From Octopus bimaculoides (lineage: Eukaryota): 51,831 nucleotides of DNA. A program made the position numbers and the translations under genes. The notes beneath the pieces are model-generated. The model was not told where the DNA came from. It saw nothing but the letters and a program-made list of their open reading frames with translations, and ran no database searches. Each line of letters opens with the position of its first letter. Position 1 is the first letter of the stretch. The DNA lies in NCBI RefSeq assembly GCF_001194135.2, contig NC_068982.1, positions 83,566,124 to 83,617,954 on the forward strand. The letters run 5' to 3'. This document shows positions 11,520 through 22,667 of the stretch, piece after piece.

Positions 11520-13885
11520 TGTGGGTTATTCGCTGCTATGTCTAGCAAGTTGAGCAACCAAGTTGGTTGGCAGGGAAAACAAGAAGTAGTTGAAAGACAT
11601 GAAGACAATATCAGGGGAGTTGCAGCACAGGTTGGTGGTTGCTGAGTTGGATAAGAAGAAAACCAAAAAGTGTGTGAGAAAGGGAACAGTTGAGAGGAGA
11701 AACATGTGGAAACTGCAGGAAGAAGAAACAAGAGCAAGGTTTGAGGAGAGAGTTAAGGTGTTGGTAAGCATTGATGCCCCAGATCTGTGGAAGTCTTTTA
11801 AAGAAGGGGTACTAAAGCATGTGATGAAGTGTGTGGAAGGACAAAAGGTAGGAGAGATCAAGGAAATACATAGTGGTGGAACGAGGAGGTAAGGGATGTG
11901 ATAGCGAGGAAGAAGGAAGCGCATAAAGCTTTATGTAATAATAAGACTGAGCAAATGAAAGCCAGGTATAATAACACGAAGAATCATACAAAGATGGTGG
12001 TTGCGAGATGTATGGGGAAGGAGGCTCAGGATAAGTTGAGCGGGCTTGATGAGAACCCAGATACAGTGTTTAGGTTTATTAAATCAATGCAAAAATATGG
12101 AAGATATGTTGAGGGAGGAAGATGCATGAGGGGGAGTGAATGAAGGTTGAATTTTAGTGAGAAGGACAGGGGAAGAGATTGGAAGAAGCATATGAAGGGA
12201 ATTATGAATGAGGAGAATGAATGGGATTGGAGGGTGGAAACTGCTGTAGTGGAGGGGTCAGTGGAGAGGGTTAATTGGGAAGAAGTAGTAGAGGCAATGA
12301 AGGAAATGAAAACAGGAAGGCAGCTAAACCATCAGAAGTAAGTGTGGAAATGATAACTGCAAGTGTGGAGATAGGGATTGTTGTGATGATGGAGCTCTGC
12401 CAGAGTGTGCTGGATGGAAGAGGAATGCCAGATGATTGGACACTAAGGGGAAGGGGGATGCGATGAGTTGTGGGGTTATAGGGGAGTGAATTTATGCAAT
12501 GAAGACAGTGGAAAGAGTATTGGAGAGGAGAATTCGGAAGGGGGTGGATGTGGATGAGATGCAATTTGGTTTTATGCAAGGAAGGGGACAATAGATGCAG
12601 TGGTCATTGTAAGGAGATTGCAAGAGGAATACCGAGATAAGGAGGAGTTGTACATATGCTTCATTGATCTGGAGAAGGCATTTGATAGGGTTCCAAGGAA
12701 GGTGATTGAGTGGGCATTGAGGAAGAGAAGTGTACTAGAGGTAATAGTGAGGGCAGTGATGAGTTTCTATGAGGAGGTAAAGACAAGAGTTAGAATTGGT
12801 TCAGAGCTGTTGGAGGAGTTTGCAGTGAAAGTTGGTGTGCATCAGGTATCTGTGTTGTCACCGTTGTTGTTTGCAATAGTGGTTGATGTGGTGATGGAGA
12901 GTGCAAGAGAGGGATTGATAATGGAGGTACTGTATGCGGATGACCTTGTTCTGATGAGTGAGACGATAGAGGGATTGAGGGAGAAGTTTTGGAAATGGAA
13001 GGAGGCGTTTGAAAGCAAGGGTTTGAAGGTAAACCTTGGGATGACAAAGGTGATGGTGAGCGGGATGGAAGGAGAAGTGTTAGTGAGTAAGGTGGATTCA
13101 TGTAGTGTACCTGGGAGGAGGGTAATGGCAAATGTGGTGTTGTGTATGAGATGTGAGAAATGGATTCATAGTAGATGTACAAAAAAGTAGAAGGTGACCC
13201 CAAGACTGGCAAGAGAGTTTGTTTGTGGAAGATGTGAGAAAGGAGCTGGAGAGTGGACAGAACCAGTGGGAATGCTATGTGATGAGGGTTTTGTTATTTG
13301 GGAGATAGGGTGGATGTGAAGCAGCTGTGACAGCAAGAGTGATGTGGAGCGTTGTTATATGAGAAAAGGTTCTCATTAACGATGAAGAGAAAGGTCTGTA
13401 AGAGTTGTGTGAGAGCTGCAATGCTGTATGGGGGTGAGACATGGCGTCTGAGGGAGACAGAAATGGTAATTTTGAAGACTAAGAGAGCAATGGTGAGTGA
13501 AATATGTGGGGTGAAGTTGTTTGATAAGAGGAGAACTGAAGATTTGATGGGAATGCTGGGGTTGGAAGAATTGGTGGAATGGTTGGCAAGGGTGAATGGA
13601 GTGAGGTGGTATGGGCAGGTGTTGAGGAGGGATGAAGTGCATGGGTAACTGTGTTTGAGGTAAATGGAGGGTGATTGTGTTTGAGGTAAATGGAGTGCGA
13701 AAGCAAGGCAGACCAAGGAAAAGATTGAGGAGATTAGGAGGGTTGGTTTGAAAAAGGAGGATGCCCAAAACCAGGTAAGAGGTGAGATGGTGTGAGGGCG
13801 GTTGCTATGGCATTGGGGTATATCTGGCCACCCCCATTAATGGGGACAAAACCCGGATTTAAAACACTGGATGATGATTATTTCC
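11520..13885 (+). mobile_element. RTE-clade LINE of a second, purine-rich subfamily; 5'-truncated and frameshifted
   Basis: QHRLVVAEL (end of endonuclease), ORF 12600-13190 with FIDLEKAFDRVPR, HQVSVLSPLLF, VLYADD; ORF 13352-13648 with MLYGGETW and WYGQVLRR; GATGATGAT tail near 13870-13879. Confidence 0.92.
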
Positions 13886-14074
13886 GTGCTGGCATGGGTT
13901 AGACAATGTGACTGGAACTGTCTATCCCAAGCTAGCATGGAAAGTGGATGTTAAATGATGATCATGATAAATATTGATAATAGATTTAATGTTTGGTACA
14001 ACTGACAAACACATGTACCACAAAATTACTACCTTCAACATTTCAGGATGGAAGGCCAGAATGTAATAATACTT

Positions 14075-14689
14075 TCAAATCGTTTAGAGCAATTCACATA
14101 AAAATTGCACTTTAAAATAGTGTTTAGCAAGAGTTGTGTAATTGAAAATAAATACCCTGGGTAAATATTTACAATTAATACCATGAAAACTTCCCATTCA
14201 AAGAAAAATTAGCTGAATCGTCTCAAAACTTTCACTGTATAATTGTCATAAATATTCACGCTTTCAACTATACACCATGCCCAGAAAAAGAAAGGGCAAC
14301 ATCCTGTCCTGGAAAAAATTCCCCATTCACAAAAGTTTGCTGAGCAAAGACAACAGATGNNNNNNNNNNCACAGAGAAATGCAGATCGGTTAAGGAGACA
14401 GGAAACCCATGTGATGGAAAGATCAGAAGATTCAGAATCATGGAGGAATGCAAATTGGCTAAGAACACAGAAAAACTGTGTAATGGAAATACCACGAGAA
14501 ACAGAAGCACGGACAAATACTGATCAACTGGGGGAAACAGGACTCCAGGGAAAACATGTTGCTGCCACAAATTCAGCAGTGACAAGCAAAGAAACCAGGC
14601 ACTGACACTGAGAGAATGGCTATGGCAGATTTTCATGAGAAAGAATGAAACCCAAGCCTTATGTTGCACTACTGTGGAAACATTTTTAA
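14075..14689 (+). repeat. Near-identical duplicate of 20456-21271 (Helitron 5' region with 69-bp repeats)
   Basis: Base-level match apart from a few substitutions near 14120-14155; a 10-N gap (14360-14369) replaces the middle. Confidence 0.9.
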
Positions 14690-14694
14690 AAATT

Positions 14695-14852
14695 GCTAGC
14701 AAGAGAAATAATATTCTTAAGATTATAAACCTGGAAAATTATATGACAAGTTATTACACTTGGAAAACTTCAGGACAGCTTATTACATCTCGTAAAGTAC
14801 AGAAAAAAAAATTTTTTACTTCAAATATTGCAGCTAAGGAAAAAATTTCAAA
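14695..14852. repeat. Left arm of a ~140-150-bp inverted repeat (partner 17184-17318)
   Basis: GCAAGAGAAATAATATTCTTAAGATTATAAACCTGGAAAATTA and AATATTGCAGCTAAGGA recur as reverse complements in the partner. Confidence 0.85.
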
Positions 14853-15299
14853 TTATATATTTAGATTTAGAAAATATTACCTTTTATTAAAATTTAAAAT
14901 TTTATTAAAAGTTATTACTTCTATTTTACTTGTTACTTCTATTAAAAATTAAAAATAACTCAAATTTTTTGCACTTTAAAAACAACAAATTCACAGTAAA
15001 ATTTGCTTGAGTTATATACTTAAGTTATTGCCAAGTCTTCACATTGCTTAAGTTATTGCCAAGTCTTCACATTTTTAGTTTTGACCCAATGCCTATTTTT
15101 TACATAATGAATTTGCCTACCATATATACTATTCTGCTTTGCATAGGACTTTAGCAATACTGATACTTCTGGCTCACATTTTTTAAGTATTCTAGTGCGT
15201 CGATATTTTAACATAATGATGGTACCTTTTTAAATTATAATCAGGTAGTTCATGAAGGTGTCATACCCAATGTCTGGTGTAGCAGCACCAAAGTCAACT

Positions 15300-17146
15300 G
15301 CTATAAAAGTAAAGGTGATACTTTAAATAGAAATAATTACAAGGGCATCAAATTATTGGATCAGATGATGAACGTTACAGAGAGGGTCATAACCCAACTA
15401 ATTAGGGAGAGAGTTAACCTAGATGAGATGCAGTTTGGTTTTGTACCAAGCAGAAGCACCACTGATGCTACATTTCTGGTAAGGCAACTTACCAGAAATG
15501 TAAAGAGAAATATCTAGCCAAAGATAAACCTCTGGACTTGGCTTTTGTTGCCTTGGATAAAGCCTTTGACAGGGTCCTTCGATCCTTTATCTGGTGGTCA
15601 ATGCGGAAACTAGGGATACAAGCCCTGTACAGAGATGCTGTCAGTAAGGTGAGGGTTGGCAACAAGTATAGTGAAAAATTCCGGGTAGATGTAGGGGTTC
15701 ACCAAAGATCAGTCCTCAGCCCCCTCTTATTCATCATAGTCCTCCAGGTAATAACAGATGAATTCAAGACAGGCTGCCCCTGGGAGCTCTTCTATGCTGA
15801 TGACATTGTTCTAATAGCCAAGTCACTGCCAGAACTAAGGACGACATTTAGGGTATGGAAGCAAGGTCTAGAATCGAAGGGCCTTAGGGTTAACCTAGCA
15901 AAAACCAAAGCCTTGGTAAGGAGGAAGGCTGACAAATCACAAATCCCTTCAAGTGACCCTGCCTGATCTTTAGAAAAGGCATCGGTAGAAACTCCATACG
16001 AAGCATCCGGGGTAAGCTATGGACACATAAAAGTTGCAGCAATATCAAAGGAAGGCTAACCGGGAAGACAGTTTTTGTGTGTGACAGATGCACAGGGGCA
16101 ATAAACACTGAAGATGTACAGAAAACAGATTCCATCATATGCCAAGGGGAAAATCTAGGTGACCAAGTCTGTAGTGGGAGTGAATGCTCTGAGTGTGTAG
16201 CAGCTAGAATAAGAATAGCCTGGACAATGTTCAGGGAGCTCCTACCTCTGCTGGTAACTTAGGGCTTCTTGCTCAGGATGAAAGGTAGTCTGTATGATGC
16301 ATGTGTGTGAACTACCATGCTACACAGCAGTGAAACATGGGCCATGACTGCTGAGGACATGCATAGGCTAGAAAAAAATGAAGCTAGTATGATCCGCTGG
16401 ATGTGTAATGTCAGTGTGAATACACGAAAGAGTGTAAGTGCTCTGAGAGAAAAGTTGGACATAGGAAGCATCAGATGTGGTGTGCAAGAGAGATGACTGT
16501 GCTGGTTTGGTCATATGTTATGTATGGATGAGGACAGCTGTGTGAGGAAGTGCCACACCCTAACTGTGGAAGGAATCTGTGGAAGAGGTAGACCTAGAAA
16601 GTCATGGGATGAGGTGGTGAAGCATGATCTTTGAACATTGGGCCTCACAGAGACAATGACAACTAAAGTTGATATGATATGCTTCAGAAGGCCTATTGAG
16701 TCAAGTAAAACCAAACTCGTAGTTGTGGCCAGTGCCCCCTGACTGCTTCCCATTCCAGTATGTAAAATGCATCATCTAAATATGGTCGATGCCAGTGTAC
16801 CCTGAGTGGTTCCCATGCCAGTAGCACATAGAAAGCACCATCTGAACGTGGCTGATGCCAGTACCCCTTGACTGGCTCCTGTGCTGGTGGCACATAAAAA
16901 GTACTATCTGAACATGATCAATGCCAGGACCACCTGACTGGCTCCTGTGCTGGCGGCACATAAAAAGCACCCACTACATTCTCAGAGTGGTTGGCAGTAG
17001 GAATGGTTTCCAGCTGTAGAAACATTGCCAGATCAGATTGGAGCCTGGTGCAGCCGCTGGATCTCTAGACTTCAGCCAAACTGTCCAACCCATGCCAGCA
17101 TGGAAAACGGACATTAAACGAGGACAACGATGATAATGATGATGAT
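15300..17146 (+). mobile_element. RTE LINE, 5'-truncated, with complete 3' UTR and (GAT)n tail
   Basis: ORF 15538-15966 (KAFDRV, SVLSPLLF, FYADD), RTE C-terminus to ~16660, four ~66-bp 3' UTR repeats (16718-16975), tail at 17128-17146. Confidence 0.92.
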
Positions 17147-17183
17147 GTTACTTTGTAAATTAAAATCAAATATTTTTTAATAT

Positions 17184-17318
17184 TCAAATTTTATCCTTAG
17201 CTGCAATATTTTAAGTAAAAATTTTCTTGTTCTGTACTTTACCAAATGTAATTAATAAGCTGTCCTGAACTTAATTTTCCAGGTTTATAATCTTAAGAAT
17301 ATTATTTCTCTTGCTCGC
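17184..17318. repeat. Right arm of the inverted repeat with 14695-14852
   Basis: Reverse-complement match to 14695-14852. Confidence 0.85.
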
Positions 17319-19449
17319 ATTTTCCCATGTAATCCATGTTTTTGCCAGGCTATGCTATTATGCTAATTAATAATGTGTCAAATAGCGATGTCATTGATAA
17401 TTTCTTTCATTGCCTCAATGATGCCAGTGACATGTATTAAAAGTCCCCTTATAGAACTATATTCATAAAAAAGTATAGAATTATATTATCACCCTCAAAT
17501 TTGAGAAACAAACACTCATAACTTTTTTTTCTTTTAAAACTTCATTGCATGAAATTCCTTGAATTGAGTTCTATCATTTAAGTTTAATTAAAATATAGTT
17601 TGTTTTTAAAATAAAAAAGTTAATTATACTTAAATCTAATATTTTGTCTTACATATATTTCTTCATATTTTACCTCACAACTTTTTCGATACAAATTTTT
17701 GTTGCATGGGAACAAAACTATGAAATTCTTCATGCTTTCTTGTATCACTGAAGCTAAGCTAAATGTATTTTGCTTTTAAAATAAAAAAGTTATTTGGGTC
17801 TAAACTTGATTGGTGGCATTACTTACTCTCCTATAATGTTGCTACAAATTTTGATATAAACTTTTTCTACTAGACCAAATCTCAATTTTTTTTAATGCCA
17901 AAATGTAGCTAGGGACCAGACCTCTTCAAAAATGTTAACAGGTTTCAATTTGATTAAGAAATGTATTAGCGACAAGCTCTGAAAGGTGCTGCATGTGAGT
18001 AAATTGCAGCCTTAAAAATATTATTCAACTACTACTGTAGTTGAATGATAACAATTATAATAAATTTCTACTAATACTTTATCTTCGTAACACAAAAGAA
18101 AAAAACTAAGTATTATATAAAAAAAATTTTCAAATATTCCACAGCTGATAATTAGTGATGTTCATTATACACAAGTGTGTATTACTAGATATCACTATTG
18201 AATGCCTTACAGTGGAGACAAGCACAGTTTCAAGATACAAAAACAGGAAAATTATATACCATTTGAAAGTTCTGGATGTGAACTTTATTCTCATATAGTT
18301 TTAATTAAAATCCAACAGTTACATATCCTGTCAAGATCCCTCAAATACCCTAATATTTCTATGCATTTACAATAACTGTCCATTTATTTTTGATGCTAAA
18401 TGGTAGCTCTCATTCTATGCACTCAAGTGTTGCACCTGAAGTTGTGTTAAAAATCATATTGTCATGAAGAGGAAGTCTTTCGCTTCATTTTGATGTAAAA
18501 ATTGATGGGGGCAGGTCAGATAATTGTTATGAAATGTAAAAGTTGAAATTTCATTGTTAATTTTCACTTAGAAAAGGACATTTTCTTCAAAATTTTTATA
18601 TCATAAGAAAAAAAAATTCTCACAAATTCTATATAAGTTATTGATAATTCTGGCCATGATATAGCAAAAGAGCACAAAATCACTAAAGAGAGTGGTATAC
18701 TGATGCTACTTGCCAAACTGATGTAGATTGCATGCAGTGAGAGGTGAAAAGGAAATGGATGAACTAATTACTAAGTAAACATATATTTCTAGAAAAAATG
18801 TGCTAAATTGAGTTTAATAAGTCTTCTACAACCCAAACTTAGCATGAAAACATTGTATTGAGAATGTTGTTTTTTCCCTCTCACTGTTTTAACATGCGGA
18901 GAGTTGCTAGGCAAACCTAAGAGATATTCTAGTACATGTAAATTGCATTTTTCTTTGAGAAATATTGGTCAAATTTTGCCAATAAAAATTTTATTGTGCT
19001 ATCTATGCTATAATTGCGCTATTTACATCTGAGTGTGTGTCTGTGTCAAAATTTTGTTACCAAACTCGTCTGCAACCATTAGACCAATTTTGACCAAACT
19101 TGTCATGAGGAACCATGTACACCAGGAGAATGTCAACATCTGTATGGGATTCACAAAAATTAACTGGTCTGGTTCCAGTCTGGTAAAATCTGACAAAACG
19201 AATTACCCCACTCTCACTATTCAGTGACTCTCCTACTATTCCTCATGCTTACTACCTCTTTCTCTAATTGAGAGCTGTAGTGAGAAGAAAAGGTAATTGA
19301 TAGAATTGCAGACAATGTTACCTCTTATAACTCACTCTCTCTTAACTGGTTCCGCTCTTTTCCATGTCTCCTCCAGTGTTACTTTGATGTTTCCCTTTCA
19401 CACACATAATATATATATTAAATCGAAATTGAACTAAATTTGACAACTG

Positions 19450-20009
19450 GCACCCATGCCAACATCTCCTTCATTGGACACCGAACTCGGCTTGCAAAGA
19501 CCTGTTGGGGCAAGTGAAAGCGAAATTGTGATGGCACCTGTACCAGTGGAGCGCTAAGAGCACCTGTACCAGTGGAGCGCTAAGAGCACCGTCCGAGCGT
19601 GATCGTTGCCAGAGCAGCTGGCTGGCTTTCTTGCCAGTGGCACGTAAATAGCACCATTTGCGCGTGATAGTTACCAGCGTCGCCTTCCCGGTACTTATGC
19701 TGGTAGCACATGAAAAGACATTCGAGCGAGGTCGTTGCCAGTGCCACTGGACTAGCTCCTGTGCAGGTGGCATGTAAAATACACCATTTTGAGCGTGGCT
19801 GTTGCCAGTACCACCTGACTGGCCTTCGTACCAGTGGCACATAAAAGCACCCACTACACTCTCGGAGTGGTTGGCGTTAGGAAGGGCATCCAGCCGTAGA
19901 AACTCTGCTAAGTCAGATTGGAGCCTGGTGTAGCCGTCTGGCTCACCAGTCCTCAGTCAAATCGTCCAACCCATGCTAGCATGGAGAGCAGACGTTAAAC
20001 GATGATGAT
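19450..20009 (+). mobile_element. RTE 3'-UTR-only copy (heavily 5'-truncated LINE or LINE-tailed SINE-like element)
   Basis: Reverse complement of the 3' UTR at 22668-23150; (GAT)n tail then (TA)n; perfect 26-bp tandem duplication at 19534-19585. Confidence 0.88.
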
Positions 20010-20141
20010 GATAATGATGATATATATATATATATTATGTACTGAACTCATTCTCTCACACAATGTTACCTCTCATAACTCTCTCTCTCACACATATTTA
20101 CCACTTCTCTTACTTCATTCTCTACAATTACACCATACTCA

Positions 20142-20508
20142 CTAAAGACTATCTTAAAGTGCGATTTTTATGTTATTGAATTGTTCTAAATGAATTTGAC
20201 CATAAAAATGTTGGAAATTTAGTATTTTTTAAGATATTAATAAAATTTGTCAGACCTATTTTCATGTCGTCAGAGTTATTCTTATGTCTGTTTATGTCAT
20301 TGCGTGTATATGTTATTGAATGTACTGTTGTCTGAAATAGCAGACCTAAAAAGTTTGAAAATTTTGGAAAATTTACACATTCAACTGCATGAAAATATGT
20401 TTGACTAATTTTACTGTTACCTTAAAAAATACTAAATTTCTGACATTTTTATGGTCAAATTCGTTTAGAGCAATTCACATAAAAATTGCACTTTAAAATA
20501 GTGTTTAG
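20142..20508. repeat. Fold-back/MITE-like element with ~120-bp inverted arms (20142-20266, 20388-20508)
   Basis: TTAAAGTGCGATTTTTATG..GAATTTGACCATAAAAATGTTGGAAATTTAGTATTTTTTAAG pairs with CTTAAAAAATACTAAATTTCTGACATTTTTATGGTCAAATTC..CATAAAAATTGCACTTTAA. Confidence 0.8.
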
Positions 20509-20699
20509 CAAGAGTCATGTAATTGAAAATAAATATCCTGGATAAATATTTACAATTAATACCATGAAAACTTCCCATTCAAAGAAAAATTAGCTGAATC
20601 GTCTCAAAACTTTCACTGTATAATTGTCATAAATATTCACGCTTTCAACTATACACCATGCCCAGAAAAAGAAAGGGCAACATCCTGTCCTGGAAAAAA

Positions 20700-22020
20700 T
20701 TCCCCATTCACAAAAGTTTGCTGAGCAAAGACAACAGATGCTAATTGAAGAAAACAGACAAGGACCTAGCTCTTCTCAGTGTCTTGAAATAAAGTGAAGG
20801 AGNNNNNNNNNNNNNNNNNNNNNNNNNNNNNNNNNNNNNNNNNNNNNNNNNNNNNNNNNNNNNNNNNNNNNNNNNNNNNNNNNNNNNNNNNNNNNNNNNN
20901 NNNNNNNNNNNNNNNNNNNCTGTGCAATGGAAACACCAGAAGAAACAAAGGCACAGAGAAATGCAGATCGGTTAAGGAGACAGGAAACCCATGTGATGGA
21001 AAGATCAGAAGATTCAGAATCATGGAGGAATGCAAATTGGCTAAGAACACAGAAAAACTGTGTAATGGAAATACCACGAGAAACAGAAGCACGGACAAAT
21101 ACTGATCAACTGGGGGAAACAGGACTCCAGGGAAAACATGTTGCTGCCACAAATTCAGCAGTGACAAGCAAAGAAACCAGGCACTGACACTGAGAGAATG
21201 GCTATGGCAGATTTTCATGAGAAAGAATGAAACCCAAGCCTTATGTTGCACTACTGTGGAAACATTTTTAACAGAACATGCCCTGCGTGCAAAGCTTACT
21301 TTTGGAGTGCTGAGAAAACTACCTTCTGCTGTGGCAAAGGAAAAATTAGCAGTGGCAAAGTTTCACTATAAAAAGCCTCCAAAATTAATAGTTAAATACT
21401 ATGATGTTAATCTATGCGGTCAACTGTTTCTGAACAAAATTCGTGACTGCAATAATTTACTGGCTTATGGCTTCACTTGGACTGGATAATCCACCAGTTG
21501 GACCACAGGGTGGTAGCACTTTTATGCCTACTTTCAAGATTCAAAGAAAGTTTTACCACTGCATAAGAAGTCTCCTACCAGCAGTAAACAGGAAACCAGT
21601 TTATGCATAGCTACATTTTGATGACACTGAAAATGGGATGAGAAACAGGTTGTCATTCAGAGGAGCTGACAATGACCTTAATGAGAACATCCTGCTAGAC
21701 TTGCAGGGAGCACTGCATATGCACAATCCATATATCAAAAGTTTTAAACAAGCTATTAATATAACTAAGGAATACTCTGCATTAGGAAAATGTTCTACCG
21801 GTGATATTATTATAAGTCATGACAAACGGCTTATTCCTGCTGGGTAACATGAGAGAATCTGTAATCCACCAACTGCACCAGAAGTTGCTGTGATCAAGGT
21901 GGGGGATGATATCAATAATCCAAACATTAAACCCGCAGATGTTGCTGTGCAGTATATAGAGAGCAATGGGAAGCAATGGAAGTTAGGCTACATTAGTCAA
22001 ATCCACAGAAGCTATAACTC
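20700..22020 (+). mobile_element. Helitron Rep-helicase N-terminal fragment (23-aa repeats, Zn-binding motif, pre-Rep region); pseudogene
   Basis: TCPACKAYFWSAEKTTFCCGKGKI (~21274-21345), FLNKIRDCNNLLA, FYHCIRSLLP..KPVYA*LHFDDTE, LQGALHMHNPYIKSF, NPPTAPEVAVI and IHRSYNSL follow the typical Helitron N-terminal motif order. Confidence 0.88.
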
Positions 22021-22667
22021 TCTATTAAAATTTCATGTTCCAAAATCTCAGGATTTATTTTCCTCCATACCTACTACAAATGAGTCAAGATTCAAGTTCC
22101 TGTGGTTTGTAGTTTTGGATTTAGCTAAGCCAGAAAACACTGCAAAATTGATCATTTGTTACATGCAACAAAATAGGCTTTACATAAATATTTAAAATAT
22201 TGCCAAGGAAAAAAATAGACAACTACTATACCGTGGTCACTATTAATTTGTGTAATTTGAAGATGAGTATCACCTCACTTTCAAAGATATGACATCACAA
22301 ATATAGCTACTTATTCATTTAGGCAAATTAGGCAAAATTTTGACCAATTTGTTGACCATTTAGATTGTCATATTTCCTAAAATATTCATCTAAATTTCAC
22401 AAATGAAGTATCAAAATGTTTCTTTTTGTATGCTCTCCAAGAAAAAGTACAGTAGAAATGACATTTAAATATTTTCAACAATACAGATACCTAGTTAGCT
22501 AATGGAATATGTTCAGGAAATACACTTATATAGTATTTAGGCAAACTTTCTAATTATCTCTGTTTGAATTTCAAGCATCTAATAATCTCTGTTTGTATTT
22601 CAAGCATATTTTGTGCATTTCTGTAAAATACTATCCTCAAAAATTTTCTCAATATCTGAAAGTTGGA

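Noticed and set aside
12790-13768. Long Pro/Ser/His-rich minus-strand ORFs (12790-13212, 13294-13716, 13376-13768)
   Set aside because: Antisense shadows of a purine-rich RTE
16718-16975. Regularly spaced repeats resembling a CRISPR array
   Set aside because: Units are degenerate along their whole length with no unique spacers, lie in a LINE 3' UTR of eukaryotic DNA, and no cas genes are present
19030-19190. Short (GT)-led segment resembling a non-autonomous Helitron/HINE core
   Set aside because: Only one motif (CCAATTTTGACCAAACTTG) and no termini; too weak to call
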